Program-made: the position numbers and the translations under genes
Notes under the pieces: model-generated
Database searches by the model: none
Told to the model about the DNA's origin: nothing
Seen by the model: only the letters and a program-made list of their open reading frames with translations
In this document: positions 39,190 to 50,389 of the stretch, in pieces
Numbering within the stretch: position 1 is the stretch's first letter
Layout: the number at the start of each line of letters is the position of its first letter
IMG/VR virus record: IMGVR_UViG_3300025030_000080
Coordinates: 1 to 64,000 of that record
DNA: 64,000 nucleotides
Reading direction: 5' to 3' (one strand)
Source: a virus

Positions 39190-40611
39190 TTAGAATTCCT
39201 CGCTTCCAAACCATTTTTCAGAAAAATAAAGTACCAATCTTTCTGAAAAATGGTCTTTGATGTACCGATGCGATGGATCCCAAATATCAACTAAAATAAC
39301 ATCTTCTTTGATACCTTCCACTGTACGAAGTCCTCGCCCGATACTTTGTAAAGTTAAAATTTCACTTTTTCCTCCAGCTGCGTTTATGATTGCTCCCAAG
39401 GTAGGAATATCTACTCCTTCTTTCCATACTGCATCAGCAATTACTACATCTACTTTTTTACTATTCAAATCCTCTTTGATAATTTTACGGGCGGTTCCTG
39501 GTATTTTACTCCATACAAATTCAATTTTTAAATGAGGAAATAATCTACGGGCCATATCAAGAATATTATTACCATGCTGAACAATAGTTACCAATATCAG
39601 TACCGTTCTACCCGCTTTCACTAAATTATCAGCTGTTTGTAAAACTAATTTATGTCTACGACTATTGAAAGTAACGGCAAATTTATATACTTCTTGGTAT
39701 GATTTTGCTTCTCTAGCGGCTAGTGTTATAGGCAACTTTTTTAAAATAATTTTTATTTTAGCCAATCTATCTACCTCAGAAATCTTTTTTCTTGATATAA
39801 CTGGTCCTATGTAACCTTCCAAAGCAAATTTCGCTTCCTCTATATATGGTAGTGTAGCGGTAAACCCCAGTCTAATGGGGGCATTGATAACTGAAAGTAC
39901 TCTTGCGTATGTTCCTCCTTTTCCAGTATCGAACGGAGGAGCAAGGGAACTCAGGTGGTGTGATTCGTCCGTGATTACAATATCTATCGAATTAAACCAC
40001 TCCTTCTCTATTTCTACAGATTTTACTAGAGATTGCACCGTAGCGACAGTTATACGTTTTGGGTTATCTATTCCGGCTCCGATTATTCCCACTTCTCCGG
40101 GGAAAAATTCTTTTGCTTTATCAGAAGTTTGAAAAAGTAAATCTTGAGAGTTTACAATTATTAACGCTCGGGATTTTGGAAATAAGGATAGAAATGATAG
40201 GAATATAATTGTCTTCCCACTGCCGGTAGGATACGCGATAACCCCCCTAGTATAGTACACAGCATTCTGTACGGCTTCCACTTGTATTTGATCTAAATTG
40301 TATCCCCTAGGTAAGGGGGTGTTCTTAATTTTTTCGTCCGTGATATCGTAATATTCTTTTGGTAGGGAGGGGGGAGGATGTACTATTTCAAGAGGAATAT
40401 TTCTTGATTTGCAGTATTCTTCTATACGAGTGATAAATCCAGTAAGGAACTGACCCTTTTTAACTAACGGCTTAACATATGATTTTTCAATTTTTCTGTA
40501 TGCAGTTTGTTTGAAATAAACTTGTTTATAACATAAGAAACTGGCAAGTATTTCAGCATCTTCTTTAGTGGTAACTTTACTAAAAATATTATTGATAATT
40601 ATTATTTTCAA
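39190..40611 (-). CDS. UvsW-like SF2 helicase
   Basis: PTGSGKT, DESHH, GFTAT, EGVDIP, QSIGRGLR. Confidence 0.88.
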   Translation of the reverse strand: MKIIIINNIFSKVTTKEDAEILASFLCYKQVYFKQTAYRKIEKSYVKPLVKKGQFLTGFITRIEEYCKSRNIPLEIVHPPPSLPKEYYDITDEKIKNTPLPRGYNLDQIQVEAVQNAVYYTRGVIAYPTGSGKTIIFLSFLSLFPKSRALIIVNSQDLLFQTSDKAKEFFPGEVGIIGAGIDNPKRITVATVQSLVKSVEIEKEWFNSIDIVITDESHHLSSLAPPFDTGKGGTYARVLSVINAPIRLGFTATLPYIEEAKFALEGYIGPVISRKKISEVDRLAKIKIILKKLPITLAAREAKSYQEVYKFAVTFNSRRHKLVLQTADNLVKAGRTVLILVTIVQHGNNILDMARRLFPHLKIEFVWSKIPGTARKIIKEDLNSKKVDVVIADAVWKEGVDIPTLGAIINAAGGKSEILTLQSIGRGLRTVEGIKEDVILVDIWDPSHRYIKDHFSERLVLYFSEKWFGSEEF

Positions 40612-43600
40612 GTTATATTTTTCCTTCTAGGTATAAATTCAGGTAGTGCTTTTTTAATTTCAGTATCAATCGCCAAGGGATCTTTCTGAATTCCTTCTAG
40701 AAAATTGTTTATTTTCAAAGCGGCATTTTCAATACTTTTAACAAGCGAGACTAAAAATTCTTCACGTTCCTTAGTATATGGAACTACGGCGGAATGGGAT
40801 TCCCTATCAGAAGAAAGTTCTCCACGTATATAATGATTATCTTCGTCAAATAGTCTTTCACCAATTTTATAACAAATTTCATAATTTATTCCAAGTGTAG
40901 GACTAACATCACAAAATGAAATATTATCTCTACTTAAAATACAATATCCATCATCTCCTTTTAGGAATACTTTCATAGATACATTTATTAAAATAACTTT
41001 TTCCCTAGTAGTAGTTTTAATGAAATCTAGGCATCGTATTATTAAATTTCCCCAATTAGTATTGGCTTCTTCTAATGTTTTGGCATAAATTCTGTTATTT
41101 CTATCATCGTAAGGAATAGGACGATGGTGTTCTCCCCATTGTCTATATACAGATTTAGCGATCTCCTTTAAATGTTCTGGAAATGTTAAATAAAACTCCC
41201 CTGATGAATTATTAACACTAGTGGTACGAGTATATTTGATGTATTTAATTCCATCTATATCGGGAACTTCTTTTATATTTTTGCTAATAATGGGCATTAT
41301 TTAAATTCTTTATCGTACATAATACACCATTTTCCACTTTCATTAACAAAGTTTACCAATCCATGTCTAAATAAAGAGCAATAGAATATTTTATATATCC
41401 ATTTAGATATTTTCATTTGTAGTCCAAAATATTATTTACTTTTCGTATCACTAATAATGCAATATCACAAGGTCCATCTCCACAGGGTTCTTCTGAATGA
41501 AAACAAGTACTTCTTATTTTTTCTACTTTGGATTTTATGTTTTCTTTTCCTTTTTGATATCCCCAATACCATACTAAGTTTAGCAGTAACAATAATAAAA
41601 TTCCGAAAATTGCTATTTCTATAGAATTATTCATTTTACGATCCCACTATTTCGTTAGTTCCTTCCCATACAAATTCATTTACTGGGAGATGTTTTCCAC
41701 ATCCGCAACAGAAAGTACCGCCATAAAATTTGGTGTCTCTTGCATAGGTTTCAGCAATGGCTTGGCCCATAGTTGTAACCGTATTACAACCCCCATTCAA
41801 TTGTTCTTTTGTATAAAAACGTCCGGTGACGGGAGATTCACTATCTGGATATATTTCAAATGCAACATAATTCCATTGTTTATGACGTTCCTTTTCTTCC
41901 TCGGTTAAATCTCGTATGGGGTATTTGGGCGGATTGCCTACATGTCGATAGCTACGGCGTACTGGCCTAACAAATCCCTTTGCACGTTCCTCTTCAGAAA
42001 GAACTATATATCCTTTCTGTTGGCCGGTATTGGGATTGATTTCTTTATGGTTAGAGGTAACAGGACTTCCATCAGATAGAGTTACTTTTGGTTCATCGTT
42101 CATGATTTTTTCCTCATTTCAAATTTAAATACTTTATTTATAATGCTAAAAGCTACCATATCATTCCCAGTATCATCCATTTCTTCCATAGGGATATTAA
42201 CGGTTCCTGATAATTTTTCTAATCTTTTCAACATAACTATGATAAGTTGGTCTTTAAAATCATCTAATATCTCGGCGTGTTCTGGCGCGTCCCCTCTGGC
42301 TAAATCAATCCCTTTTCCCACGGTATTCTCCTTTATTGAATATCTTTTTTGAAGGACTCTTCGTACATTATTTTTGTATCTCTTGCGGCAAATTCAATCC
42401 AATTATCAGCTTTTAGAAAGCAGATGGGGCATCTCTCTGTTCCATCCTCGTTGTCTATTAAAACTTCTAATCCTGCTATTTCCATAGCATTACCTAAAAT
42501 CATATTATGAGCAGTCATAAGGGGATCAAAGTTTTCTAATGATGGATTTTCCATTGATTTTATTGTTTTTTCCACAGCTTCCTTACCAGAAGTCGGTACA
42601 AGATCATATAGTCCAATTTCTTTGATTTTATCTTTCAATAAATCCCAATGCGGTATACAAAATTTCATTTATATTTCCTTTCTAGTTGAAAATTTGCATT
42701 TAAGTTACAATTGTCTACAAGATCGAAGAAATTTTTCAAGTAATGCGATGTCATCATATATTTCATTATCTCCTATAGCTGCTGCACGGAAACGTATCTT
42801 AATTGCTAATTGTACGACTTCCACGGGAATTTTCGCATATCCGAACCATCCCATAATAAATTGAATTGGGGAAATAAGTTTAATTTTCATTTCTACTCCT
42901 TTTGGTAACGGCTATCAATCTATCAGAAATATGTTTACCGCAACAAGGACAGGTCATCGGACAGGGAGTTCTGGTCAAATATTCTTTTGAGCAATTCTCT
43001 TTAGTTTCTTCCATTAATTTTTTTACTAACCTATATCCCTCCGATCTACTTTTAGCGTGAGCGTGAATGTAAATAAAATATCGTAAATTTTTGTGCGCTT
43101 GGTTCATTTTTCTTCCTCTTTTTTGGTGAGAGTAGCACGATCATATTTAATCCCACATTTTGGGCAGAAAAGTTCACTTAATCTTTTCCCCCAATTATCT
43201 CTTTCTCCAGGGCCATATATAATTGGTCCTGCTCCTGATAATCTAAACCCTTCTTCTCTTTCTTCAAGAGGTTCCTTACAAACTACGCAATGATATTTTG
43301 TTATCAACTTTTCCTCCATTTTTGTACTACGTATTTTACATAAATTATTTTTAATATTTTCTGATTGTTCTTTGGTAATACAAGAATGAAGTTGTTCTGT
43401 GTAGTCTAATGGCCATCCACAACGTATGCAATGAGTGGGCATTACTTTTCCTCACTTTTTTTATTAATCATATCTATTAATTTTTCACAAGTTTCTTTAT
43501 TAAATCGGGAAATGTGAGCTTCTTCTTTAGGCAATGATAAAGCATCTTGCATCCATTGGTAAGCCTCTTTCCTAGTCATGCCATTATTTTTCCATAGAGT

Positions 43601-45374
43601 ATCAAATGCTTCATGAGCTTTAATTCTAACTTTTTTAGTCTCCGCGTTAGCAGGAATTCCCATAGGCTTACCTGTCTTTTGATGGGCACCATGGGTTCCG
43701 TTACATTCCGGCCATTTGATACACCCATAGAATTTTCCATACATTCTAGATTCAAGGAGTCGCATAGGAGCGCCACATTCTCCGCATTTAACCTCTTCCT
43801 TCAAATTTTTTTCCTTTCTTAATTTTCACCGTTCCATCCCAAAAAGGAGCTATGAAATTACTCCAGTAGAATTCAGTTACAACCCCCATCCTAGATTCCC
43901 ACCCACTTCCCAAATATCCGGTATACTCTACTATGAATGGCCAACAAGGAATATATCCTTTTGTACCAATTTTAATATCTTCAGTATTATTTGTATTTGG
44001 AGTATTCATCATTCACCTAAAGAAAAATCTATATATTCCTTTGTTATTTTTTCATTTATTTTTCTTTCCAAAATTCCTTTTAAATGGTTGAAATTTGTTA
44101 TTATTCCTAAACAGTAATGTTGAATATCTATAGGTTGGTATATTCTAAATTCATGCCCCAAGTCCTCGCTTCGATACCTATATTCTGTTGGGACATGTTT
44201 AAAATATGTCGTAGAACTGCTACCAACTCCTTTGGAAAGAACTTTTTTTTGGAATAAATAAATATATTCTCCAAAAAAGGATACAAATTGATTAAGACTA
44301 AAACATATACAAGGTTTATCCCATTCAGAAATTTTATTTGGTTTTAATATATCAACTTTTTTATCAGAAGTATGTATTAATAAATCTTCCATCATATGGA
44401 TTTTTTCCTCATTTTTATGATTACAGTTCTTTTCAACATTTTAGGAGGTTCTGGAGAATACGTATTACTTCCAAATGCTACTCTTTCTAAGAACCTAGCA
44501 TCTTCAATACGATTGGCTAGGTATAGTTTATCAATAGCCATTCTTATCTCTGGACGCGGAATAGAATTCAATTTGTAGGTACAAGTAGAACAAATATAGG
44601 TAGCATACCTATCGGCCCCTTTTTCCTTCTTAGTGCATAGGCAGCAACTCACTTAGTTTCCTTGGGAACACGTGCTGCTTTCTTCATACTTTCTATCCAA
44701 AAAGTATTCCCCTCATTGGCTTTATTGAAAGTGTTTACCGCTTCTTCAAATTCTGCTGTTCCATTTAAATTATCATAGGCATCTTCATAAAGGTCTTCGC
44801 AAAATCTTTCTAATATATCTTCTGCATCAAGCGTGGGAATATTTTCTGTTTCGGCAATATAAACAAATTCTGGTAATTTTTCTATTTTATTACAATCTAT
44901 TAAATCTTCCAAAGTAGCATAATAAGAATCATTGAATACTACAGGACCGTCCCAATTTTCTAACTTTTCAGCTTTATCCATTTGATCTTTATCCCTGCAA
45001 TCATAACATTTCTCATTGAATATAAAGATGGTTTCTCCCCCACATTGTTTACAAACTCCCTTTTTGCAACAATTCTCTGCTACGTCATGGATATTTGGTT
45101 TTAAACAGATATTGCAATAGGATATATTCGTGGGATGACCATTTTTGGTAAATAATGGAATAGCGTTCATTTATTCCTCCATTATTTCTATTTTATTTAA
45201 TTTTTGTCCATACCAATAATTAACGGTGGGATAATTGGGTTCTTCTTTTTGATGCTTTAATAATGATTCTGAAATTATTCCTAATATCTTGCCAATTTCT
45301 TTATAGCCCCTATATTCATATTTATTTATAGGAAGTATTCCTTTCTCATCTACATATATGGTCATTTTAAGCAT
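40608..45374 (-). other. array of hypothetical accessory genes
   Basis: Coupled minus-strand ORFs such as 40608-41297, 41636-42103, 42333-42668 and 44649-45170. Confidence 0.55.
43442..43804 (-). CDS. zinc-finger protein (DUF3268-like)
   Basis: CGECGAPM...FYGCIKWPEC..HGAH...G.PAN...R..AH.AFD.LWK. Confidence 0.7.
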   Translation of the reverse strand: MKEEVKCGECGAPMRLLESRMYGKFYGCIKWPECNGTHGAHQKTGKPMGIPANAETKKVRIKAHEAFDTLWKNNGMTRKEAYQWMQDALSLPKEEAHISRFNKETCEKLIDMINKKSEEK

Positions 45375-45375
45375 G

Positions 45376-45738
45376 CTATCCCTCTACCATTTGTAATATA
45401 ACCCTACAAACGGCTAATGAAAAAGTGGGGGCTTCTGCGGAAAATTTCCAAAAATCTTCGGGATCTAATCCCCCAGTCCCTGCAAAGAAATGCCCATCAG
45501 GGTATTTGATGATTTCTATATGGGGTACTTTATTGATTACATCTAAAGTATCTCTTATATCGGTTGAGGGAGACCAAAACTTAAAATGGGTACTACCTTG
45601 GGATGGCTCACATTTTCTTACGTCATATTCTTCTTTATTAACCATAAAGAAGGAGTCATATGTTCTTTCCCACCCCATTATTTTTTCTGCTATAAGTATG
45701 TCTAAATCTTTACCTGCAGGTATTTTATCATAGTCCAT
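45376..45738 (-). CDS. phage ABA-sandwich-like domain protein (paralog of 16332)
   Basis: AGKDLDILIAEKIMGW...PSTDI...LAVCR. Confidence 0.65.
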   Translation of the reverse strand: MDYDKIPAGKDLDILIAEKIMGWERTYDSFFMVNKEEYDVRKCEPSQGSTHFKFWSPSTDIRDTLDVINKVPHIEIIKYPDGHFFAGTGGLDPEDFWKFSAEAPTFSLAVCRVILQMVEG

Positions 45739-45754
45739 TTAATCCTCCATTATT

Positions 45755-45841
45755 TGGTGGGCGAGGAGGGAGTCGAACCCTCATGGTTTTTCAACCACTG
45801 GATTTTAAGTCCAGCGTGCATACCAATTCCACCACCCGCCC
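45755..45841 (-). tRNA. tRNA-Leu(TAA)
   Basis: GGGCGGG acceptor, anticodon arm CTGGA-CTTAAAA-TCCAG, long variable arm, GGTTCGACTCC T-arm, encoded CCA. Confidence 0.93.
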
Positions 45842-45853
45842 ATTTTATCGGTG

Positions 45854-45934
45854 TCCCCGGACCCAGATCAGCCCCTTCAAGGTGACTAACCCGAAGGTTG
45901 GTTGTCATCCGGCTTAACCTACTGGGTCCGGGGA
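45854..45934 (-). ncRNA. GC-rich rod hairpin with cUUCGg loop upstream of tRNA-Leu
   Basis: Perfect 13-bp stem TCCCCGGACCCAG/CTGGGTCCGGGGA; apical AACC-TTCG-GGTT. Confidence 0.5.
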
Positions 45935-45952
45935 ATCAAATTTTGTTTACCC

Positions 45953-46339
45953 CTACAAAGCCTCCGCCAATTTCTGAAGGTCTTCAATAGAAGACGCAGC
46001 CAGCTGCTCATTTTGTTTGCTAGCGATGATAGCAAGAATCTGCTGTTTCCGTTCCTTGTTGGCCCTAGCCGTTGCAGCAGCTTCGTTCTCGGCCAGTCGA
46101 ATTTCAATGATATGTTTTACGATATCAAATTTTATCAGAGTAGCTTCATTGGCTTTTGCAGGTTTTACTACAAAGGATTCCGTTTCGGCTTCTTTTACCT
46201 GTTTGGAAAGTCCTCTGGCAATATCATCCAGATTGGCTCTATTCGTACTGGTTAATGGAAGATCCCATAAATCTTCTACATCGAGTTGTCCCATGGAGGT
46301 ATCAAACCGAAGCTTGAGGCGAGACGCTTTTTCAAACAT
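45953..46339 (-). CDS. conserved phage hypothetical protein
   Basis: MFEKASRLKLRF...VEDLWDLPL; coiled C-terminus. Confidence 0.75.
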   Translation of the reverse strand: MFEKASRLKLRFDTSMGQLDVEDLWDLPLTSTNRANLDDIARGLSKQVKEAETESFVVKPAKANEATLIKFDIVKHIIEIRLAENEAAATARANKERKQQILAIIASKQNEQLAASSIEDLQKLAEAL

Positions 46340-46356
46340 TTTGTTTCTCCTTTCTT

Positions 46357-48375
46357 TCAGAAGTTAATTTTGATGGTACGAGAAAAACTCCCTTTGACTC
46401 GACAGAGCACACTATTACGTTGTGTACTAGAAAAACCAATACCACTAAGTTGGTTATTAGATTCCTCCGTTTTCATCTTGGAACCTACAATTTCGAATAC
46501 TTTTCTATTAGTATCAAATTCACTTTTGAGAAATTCATTGAAAAACCCACGGGCCTTTCCTTCATTTAAGCATCCATCTATCATAAAGAAGAAGTGTTTA
46601 TTACCTACTGTTTTATCATCCCAATAATTAGGAGATAACATTAGAATGTTGACATTATGGAAAGTTTGAGTAGGAATTCCCCATACCTCCCTAACTGATT
46701 GGGAAGATGGCAGGGATTTGATTATTTCGATACCCTTGACATGTGAGTATTTAATTTCTGCAACTGTAATTGTTTCATTATGCTTGACTGGTTTATCATA
46801 AGTAAATCTATAAATAGTTCCTAACCAGTCCATTTCAACTTCAAATCCTACATTGGTTGATTCTCTCCTGTTATAGTTATGAACTAGTAAATAATAACTA
46901 CCTTCGCACATTTTTCTCTTATCTGGATAAAATATATTCTCGACAGGTTCACGAGTAAATCCGCTTCCAGCATTCATATCTACATCAAGTTGTCCACCGC
47001 CTAGGGGGGAAGGTCCCTTATTACCAAAATATATTTCATTGCCTTTAGGCTCTTTCATATGGAGGTCTAAATCATCGTGGTTATGCCATGCTAATCGGTT
47101 GCACCAATCTCCAGAAACATTTCCCCCTGCCTTCTTTACTCTTTCTTTGATAGAGTCGGCCAATTCTCCGTTATAAGACCAACTAAAATTATTGGACCAT
47201 TTAAATAGTCTTCCAGCAGTCGGATCTACTGGAGCTACCAAACTTACCAAATTCCCTGCATGACGATTTTCAAACATAACTTCGATTGAATTAACTTTAG
47301 GAATGATATCTGATATAAATTTATCAATGGTGACTTCCTCTATCTTATCAAGATTCTTCGTTTTCTCAGAAACTCCCCCGGAGATTTCATCAAATACATT
47401 ATTAGTCATTTTCTTTCGTGATTCTCTATTAGCAAATATAATGTTATTTACTGTGATATCATTGATTGTTGCATACCTACGTTCAAGGGCCGAAGTGAGT
47501 CCCATTTCTTCAATCTTATTTTTGGCTTGTTCTATCATGGCCTTAGTAACGATGGCCGTGGGTCGTTTGTAATTCGTTGGGGCAACTTTTGATTCAAAGG
47601 AAGCCACAGCTATATCCATATCTTTTCCTTCGGAAAGATCTACCAAAAGAGTTCCAATAACGGTACTGCGTATGCGAGATATAGATGGTTGAATTTTTTT
47701 GATTTGAGACCATACGAAAGAATCTTTATCTTCGTGGGGTTTTAATTTATTGGTTCTTTTCTTTAACGTCATAAAACTTTCAACTACAAATTTATGTTCC
47801 TCTCCACGATACAGAGAATTCTGCGCTATCAACTCCAAGACGGTATCAAGAGATTCGTCGGTGATTTCTTCCAGACTACGAAGTAATACATCATGGGTTG
47901 CTCTGGAATCCGACAATTTAGGACCAATATCTATCTTTTTGCATACGTATTCCTCGGGGATATTGATAAAAAAGTGCTCCCAAGTTTTTACTTGATCCAT
48001 TAATTGCTGGAAATTTTTATCTGTTCCAGCAGTACGCTCTGTATGAAAAAATACATTTTCGATAGGGAAAGTTTTAACCAAATTAGCCATAGCATCAGCA
48101 ACAACTTGGTAATGTTCAACTCCTACCTGAACATCCCAAATACTTTCTATTTTTCCGTTGATAATGGCAACGGTATTACCTACAGCCCTAATAAATTGTT
48201 TACAACATTGGCAATCATGCTCTGTTCTCTCTCGATAGATGGGATTAGATCCATCAGGAAAACTCCCCAGATAGGTACTCCAGAGTAAATCCTTATCAAC
48301 TTGTACACGAAATAAATCATGCTTTCTCATTTTATCAAATTGTTTGCTCACTGCTACTTTAAAATGGTTGAACAT
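46357..48375 (-). CDS. conserved large-phage protein with C-terminal YfaP/DUF2135-like region
   Basis: HDCQCCKQFIR; DDLDLH...LDVDMNAG...PVENI. Confidence 0.65.
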   Translation of the reverse strand: MFNHFKVAVSKQFDKMRKHDLFRVQVDKDLLWSTYLGSFPDGSNPIYRERTEHDCQCCKQFIRAVGNTVAIINGKIESIWDVQVGVEHYQVVADAMANLVKTFPIENVFFHTERTAGTDKNFQQLMDQVKTWEHFFINIPEEYVCKKIDIGPKLSDSRATHDVLLRSLEEITDESLDTVLELIAQNSLYRGEEHKFVVESFMTLKKRTNKLKPHEDKDSFVWSQIKKIQPSISRIRSTVIGTLLVDLSEGKDMDIAVASFESKVAPTNYKRPTAIVTKAMIEQAKNKIEEMGLTSALERRYATINDITVNNIIFANRESRKKMTNNVFDEISGGVSEKTKNLDKIEEVTIDKFISDIIPKVNSIEVMFENRHAGNLVSLVAPVDPTAGRLFKWSNNFSWSYNGELADSIKERVKKAGGNVSGDWCNRLAWHNHDDLDLHMKEPKGNEIYFGNKGPSPLGGGQLDVDMNAGSGFTREPVENIFYPDKRKMCEGSYYLLVHNYNRRESTNVGFEVEMDWLGTIYRFTYDKPVKHNETITVAEIKYSHVKGIEIIKSLPSSQSVREVWGIPTQTFHNVNILMLSPNYWDDKTVGNKHFFFMIDGCLNEGKARGFFNEFLKSEFDTNRKVFEIVGSKMKTEESNNQLSGIGFSSTQRNSVLCRVKGSFSRTIKINF

Positions 48376-48403
48376 GCGCCCTCCTTTTAAAATCTTCTAC
48401 TTA

Positions 48404-48430
48404 ATACTACAGAAGTTTCATCGTTTTCAC
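48404..48430 (-). promoter_or_regulatory. phage promoter-like motif, copy 4
   Basis: GTGAAA-N15(ending TTCTG)-TAGTAT before an AAGGAGG RBS. Confidence 0.5.
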
Positions 48431-48951
48431 CCCTCTTCGGACTCCTTCTCCTTGAACTCCGTCCAAAATTTCTTTACGTCTGAAGTAGACCACCCTTTGT
48501 ACTTTCGAAGGTATTTGGAAAGTCCTATCTTAAAATCATTATGACGAATTAAATCAATAAATTCATTTGGTGCGGATAAAATTACATCTACTACTTCTTT
48601 CATTTCTTTTGATAAACTAACATATTTTTCTAACATTTTTCTCGGATCTCTACCTAGCATTTCTTCCATCTCCGCAAAAGATAATTCCTCCCCAGTTCTT
48701 TTCAATGCTTTTTTCTTTTCAATCATATTAAGAAAATGTTGTCTAATATGATTTGATAATGCCGCTTCAAATGGACAACAAAGCCCATATTTCTTTTCTT
48801 CCTCAATTACTTCCATAAAACATACGAATCCTTCCCCCACTAAGTCTTCCATTTCTTGTTTGTTTGGTGAGAATTTAAAAGCCATTCCAAATATTATTCC
48901 TTTGTAATTAGTCCAGTCTCTCATTTTTTGCCCTCCTTTATATCTATCCAA
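48427..48951 (-). CDS. sigma70 region-2-like factor
   Basis: YKGIIFGMAFKF...EMEDLVGEGFVCFME...F...L...IR pattern. Confidence 0.55.
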   Translation of the reverse strand: MDRYKGGQKMRDWTNYKGIIFGMAFKFSPNKQEMEDLVGEGFVCFMEVIEEEKKYGLCCPFEAALSNHIRQHFLNMIEKKKALKRTGEELSFAEMEEMLGRDPRKMLEKYVSLSKEMKEVVDVILSAPNEFIDLIRHNDFKIGLSKYLRKYKGWSTSDVKKFWTEFKEKESEEG

Positions 48952-49659
48952 AGTTTCATTAATCCTATGGTTTGTTTGGGGACTTTTGCCCCTGAGAAAT
49001 CTATTTTGGTTCCGGTAAGAAAATCTGATAATAAACTAAGTGCTTTCATTTCATTTAGTAAAATATCTGAATCCTCTTGAGAAGATGACGCATCTATGGC
49101 CCCAGCAATTGCTGCTTTAAATCTTAAATCTTCGTCTGTAAGCATCCAATGATTTTTAGTTACCTCCATCGCTGCCTTAACTTTTGCTACCAAAGTAAAT
49201 TTTTCTTTCGCCGCTTCTGATGCTTCTGTAACTGCAATCATAAATTTAACGTCCATTTTTGCCCCCCTTACTTTTGTATTCCTCCACTTCAATCATAATA
49301 TGAGATAATATCTTTCCCCCAACTACTGATTTAATTTTGAGTGGCGTTTCTCCCAACCAAATTTCTAACTCTCCGTATTTGGCTGGAGGTGCTTTTTCTC
49401 CGCCAAATTCTTTTATTCTTTCTGAAAGAATATCTCTGAATTTAATTATTTTTAATTTCATTTATTTATCTTTTTGCTTCTTACTTCTAAAATTACAGAA
49501 TGTACATTATAAAATATTTCATCTTTTTCCCATCTAATGGTTAGTCTATTTCCTTGTAAGGTCACTCCAAACATAGTTGCTATTTTGGATCTAAGCATTT
49601 CTAAAATAGGTTGAGCAAATTGCAATGTTTCATCGTCGTAAATATCTATGGATAATTCT

Positions 49660-50196
49660 TTATCTCTTTTCATTTTCCCTCCATTTAATTTCTTTTCTAA
49701 TCCATTCCATTGATACGGGGGTATAGCCCGTCACCTCTACTGATACACAAATATGAATTCCTGCTTCAGGTACCTCCCCTCTATGAGTATTTCCGTGAGT
49801 ATGCCCATGAATATTAATAATTCCTGGTTCATCTATGGGTTCATGGGATAGTGTCCAAAATTCTTCTTCAATAGTATTTTTAGAAACATCAAATAGTACA
49901 GGGCTTTTATATGCTTCAACCCCTCGTTTTTTCCAAAATGTAACTGTTCTTCTCCTATCATGATTTCCCATAATTAAAATAATTTTACCATTAAGAGCAT
50001 CAATATATTCTTGATACTTTTCAGAACGGGATAGGGAAAAATCTCCTAAATGACAAACTGTATCCTCTGGTTTTACTATTTGATTCCAATTTCTTATGAT
50101 AGTTTCGTCCATCTCATCTGAATTCTTAAAGGGGCGACCACAATATAAAACTATTGCAGAATGTCCGAAATGGCTGTCGCTAATAAACCAAATCAT
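49660..50196 (-). CDS. calcineurin-like metallophosphoesterase
   Basis: SDSHFGH, HLGDF, GNHD, HEP, HGHTH. Confidence 0.9.
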   Translation of the reverse strand: MIWFISDSHFGHSAIVLYCGRPFKNSDEMDETIIRNWNQIVKPEDTVCHLGDFSLSRSEKYQEYIDALNGKIILIMGNHDRRRTVTFWKKRGVEAYKSPVLFDVSKNTIEEEFWTLSHEPIDEPGIINIHGHTHGNTHRGEVPEAGIHICVSVEVTGYTPVSMEWIRKEIKWRENEKR

Positions 50197-50217
50197 TATT
50201 TGCCCTCCATAGTAATT

Positions 50218-50292
50218 TGGTGGGTCCTCCCAGATTTGAACTGGGATAGCAGCGGTTATGAGCCGCTTTCTCTACCATTGAGATAAGGACCC
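50218..50292 (-). tRNA. tRNA with CAT anticodon (elongator Met or lysidine-type Ile2)
   Basis: GGGTCCT/AGGACCC acceptor, AGCGG-CTCATAA-CCGCT, GTTCAAATC T-arm, encoded CCA; paired 1-72 so not an initiator. Confidence 0.9.
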
Positions 50293-50301
50293 TTTTCAAA
50301 A

Positions 50302-50315
50302 CAGGGGCGTCGCAC
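50302..50315. repeat. 14-bp GC-rich motif CAGGGGCGTCGCAC (also at 52567-52580 and 62637-62650)
   Basis: Three exact copies in the same orientation. Confidence 0.75.
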
Positions 50316-50389
50316 TCTATGATCTCTACTGTTAGATGGTGTTCGAAGGTTTTCTATTCTAACGTATTCTATATATCTTTTCTTTAGAA

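Larger units (their letters stand above)
35228..39214 (-). other. array of small hypothetical accessory genes
   Basis: Many coupled 60-180 aa minus-strand ORFs, several Cys-rich. Confidence 0.55.
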
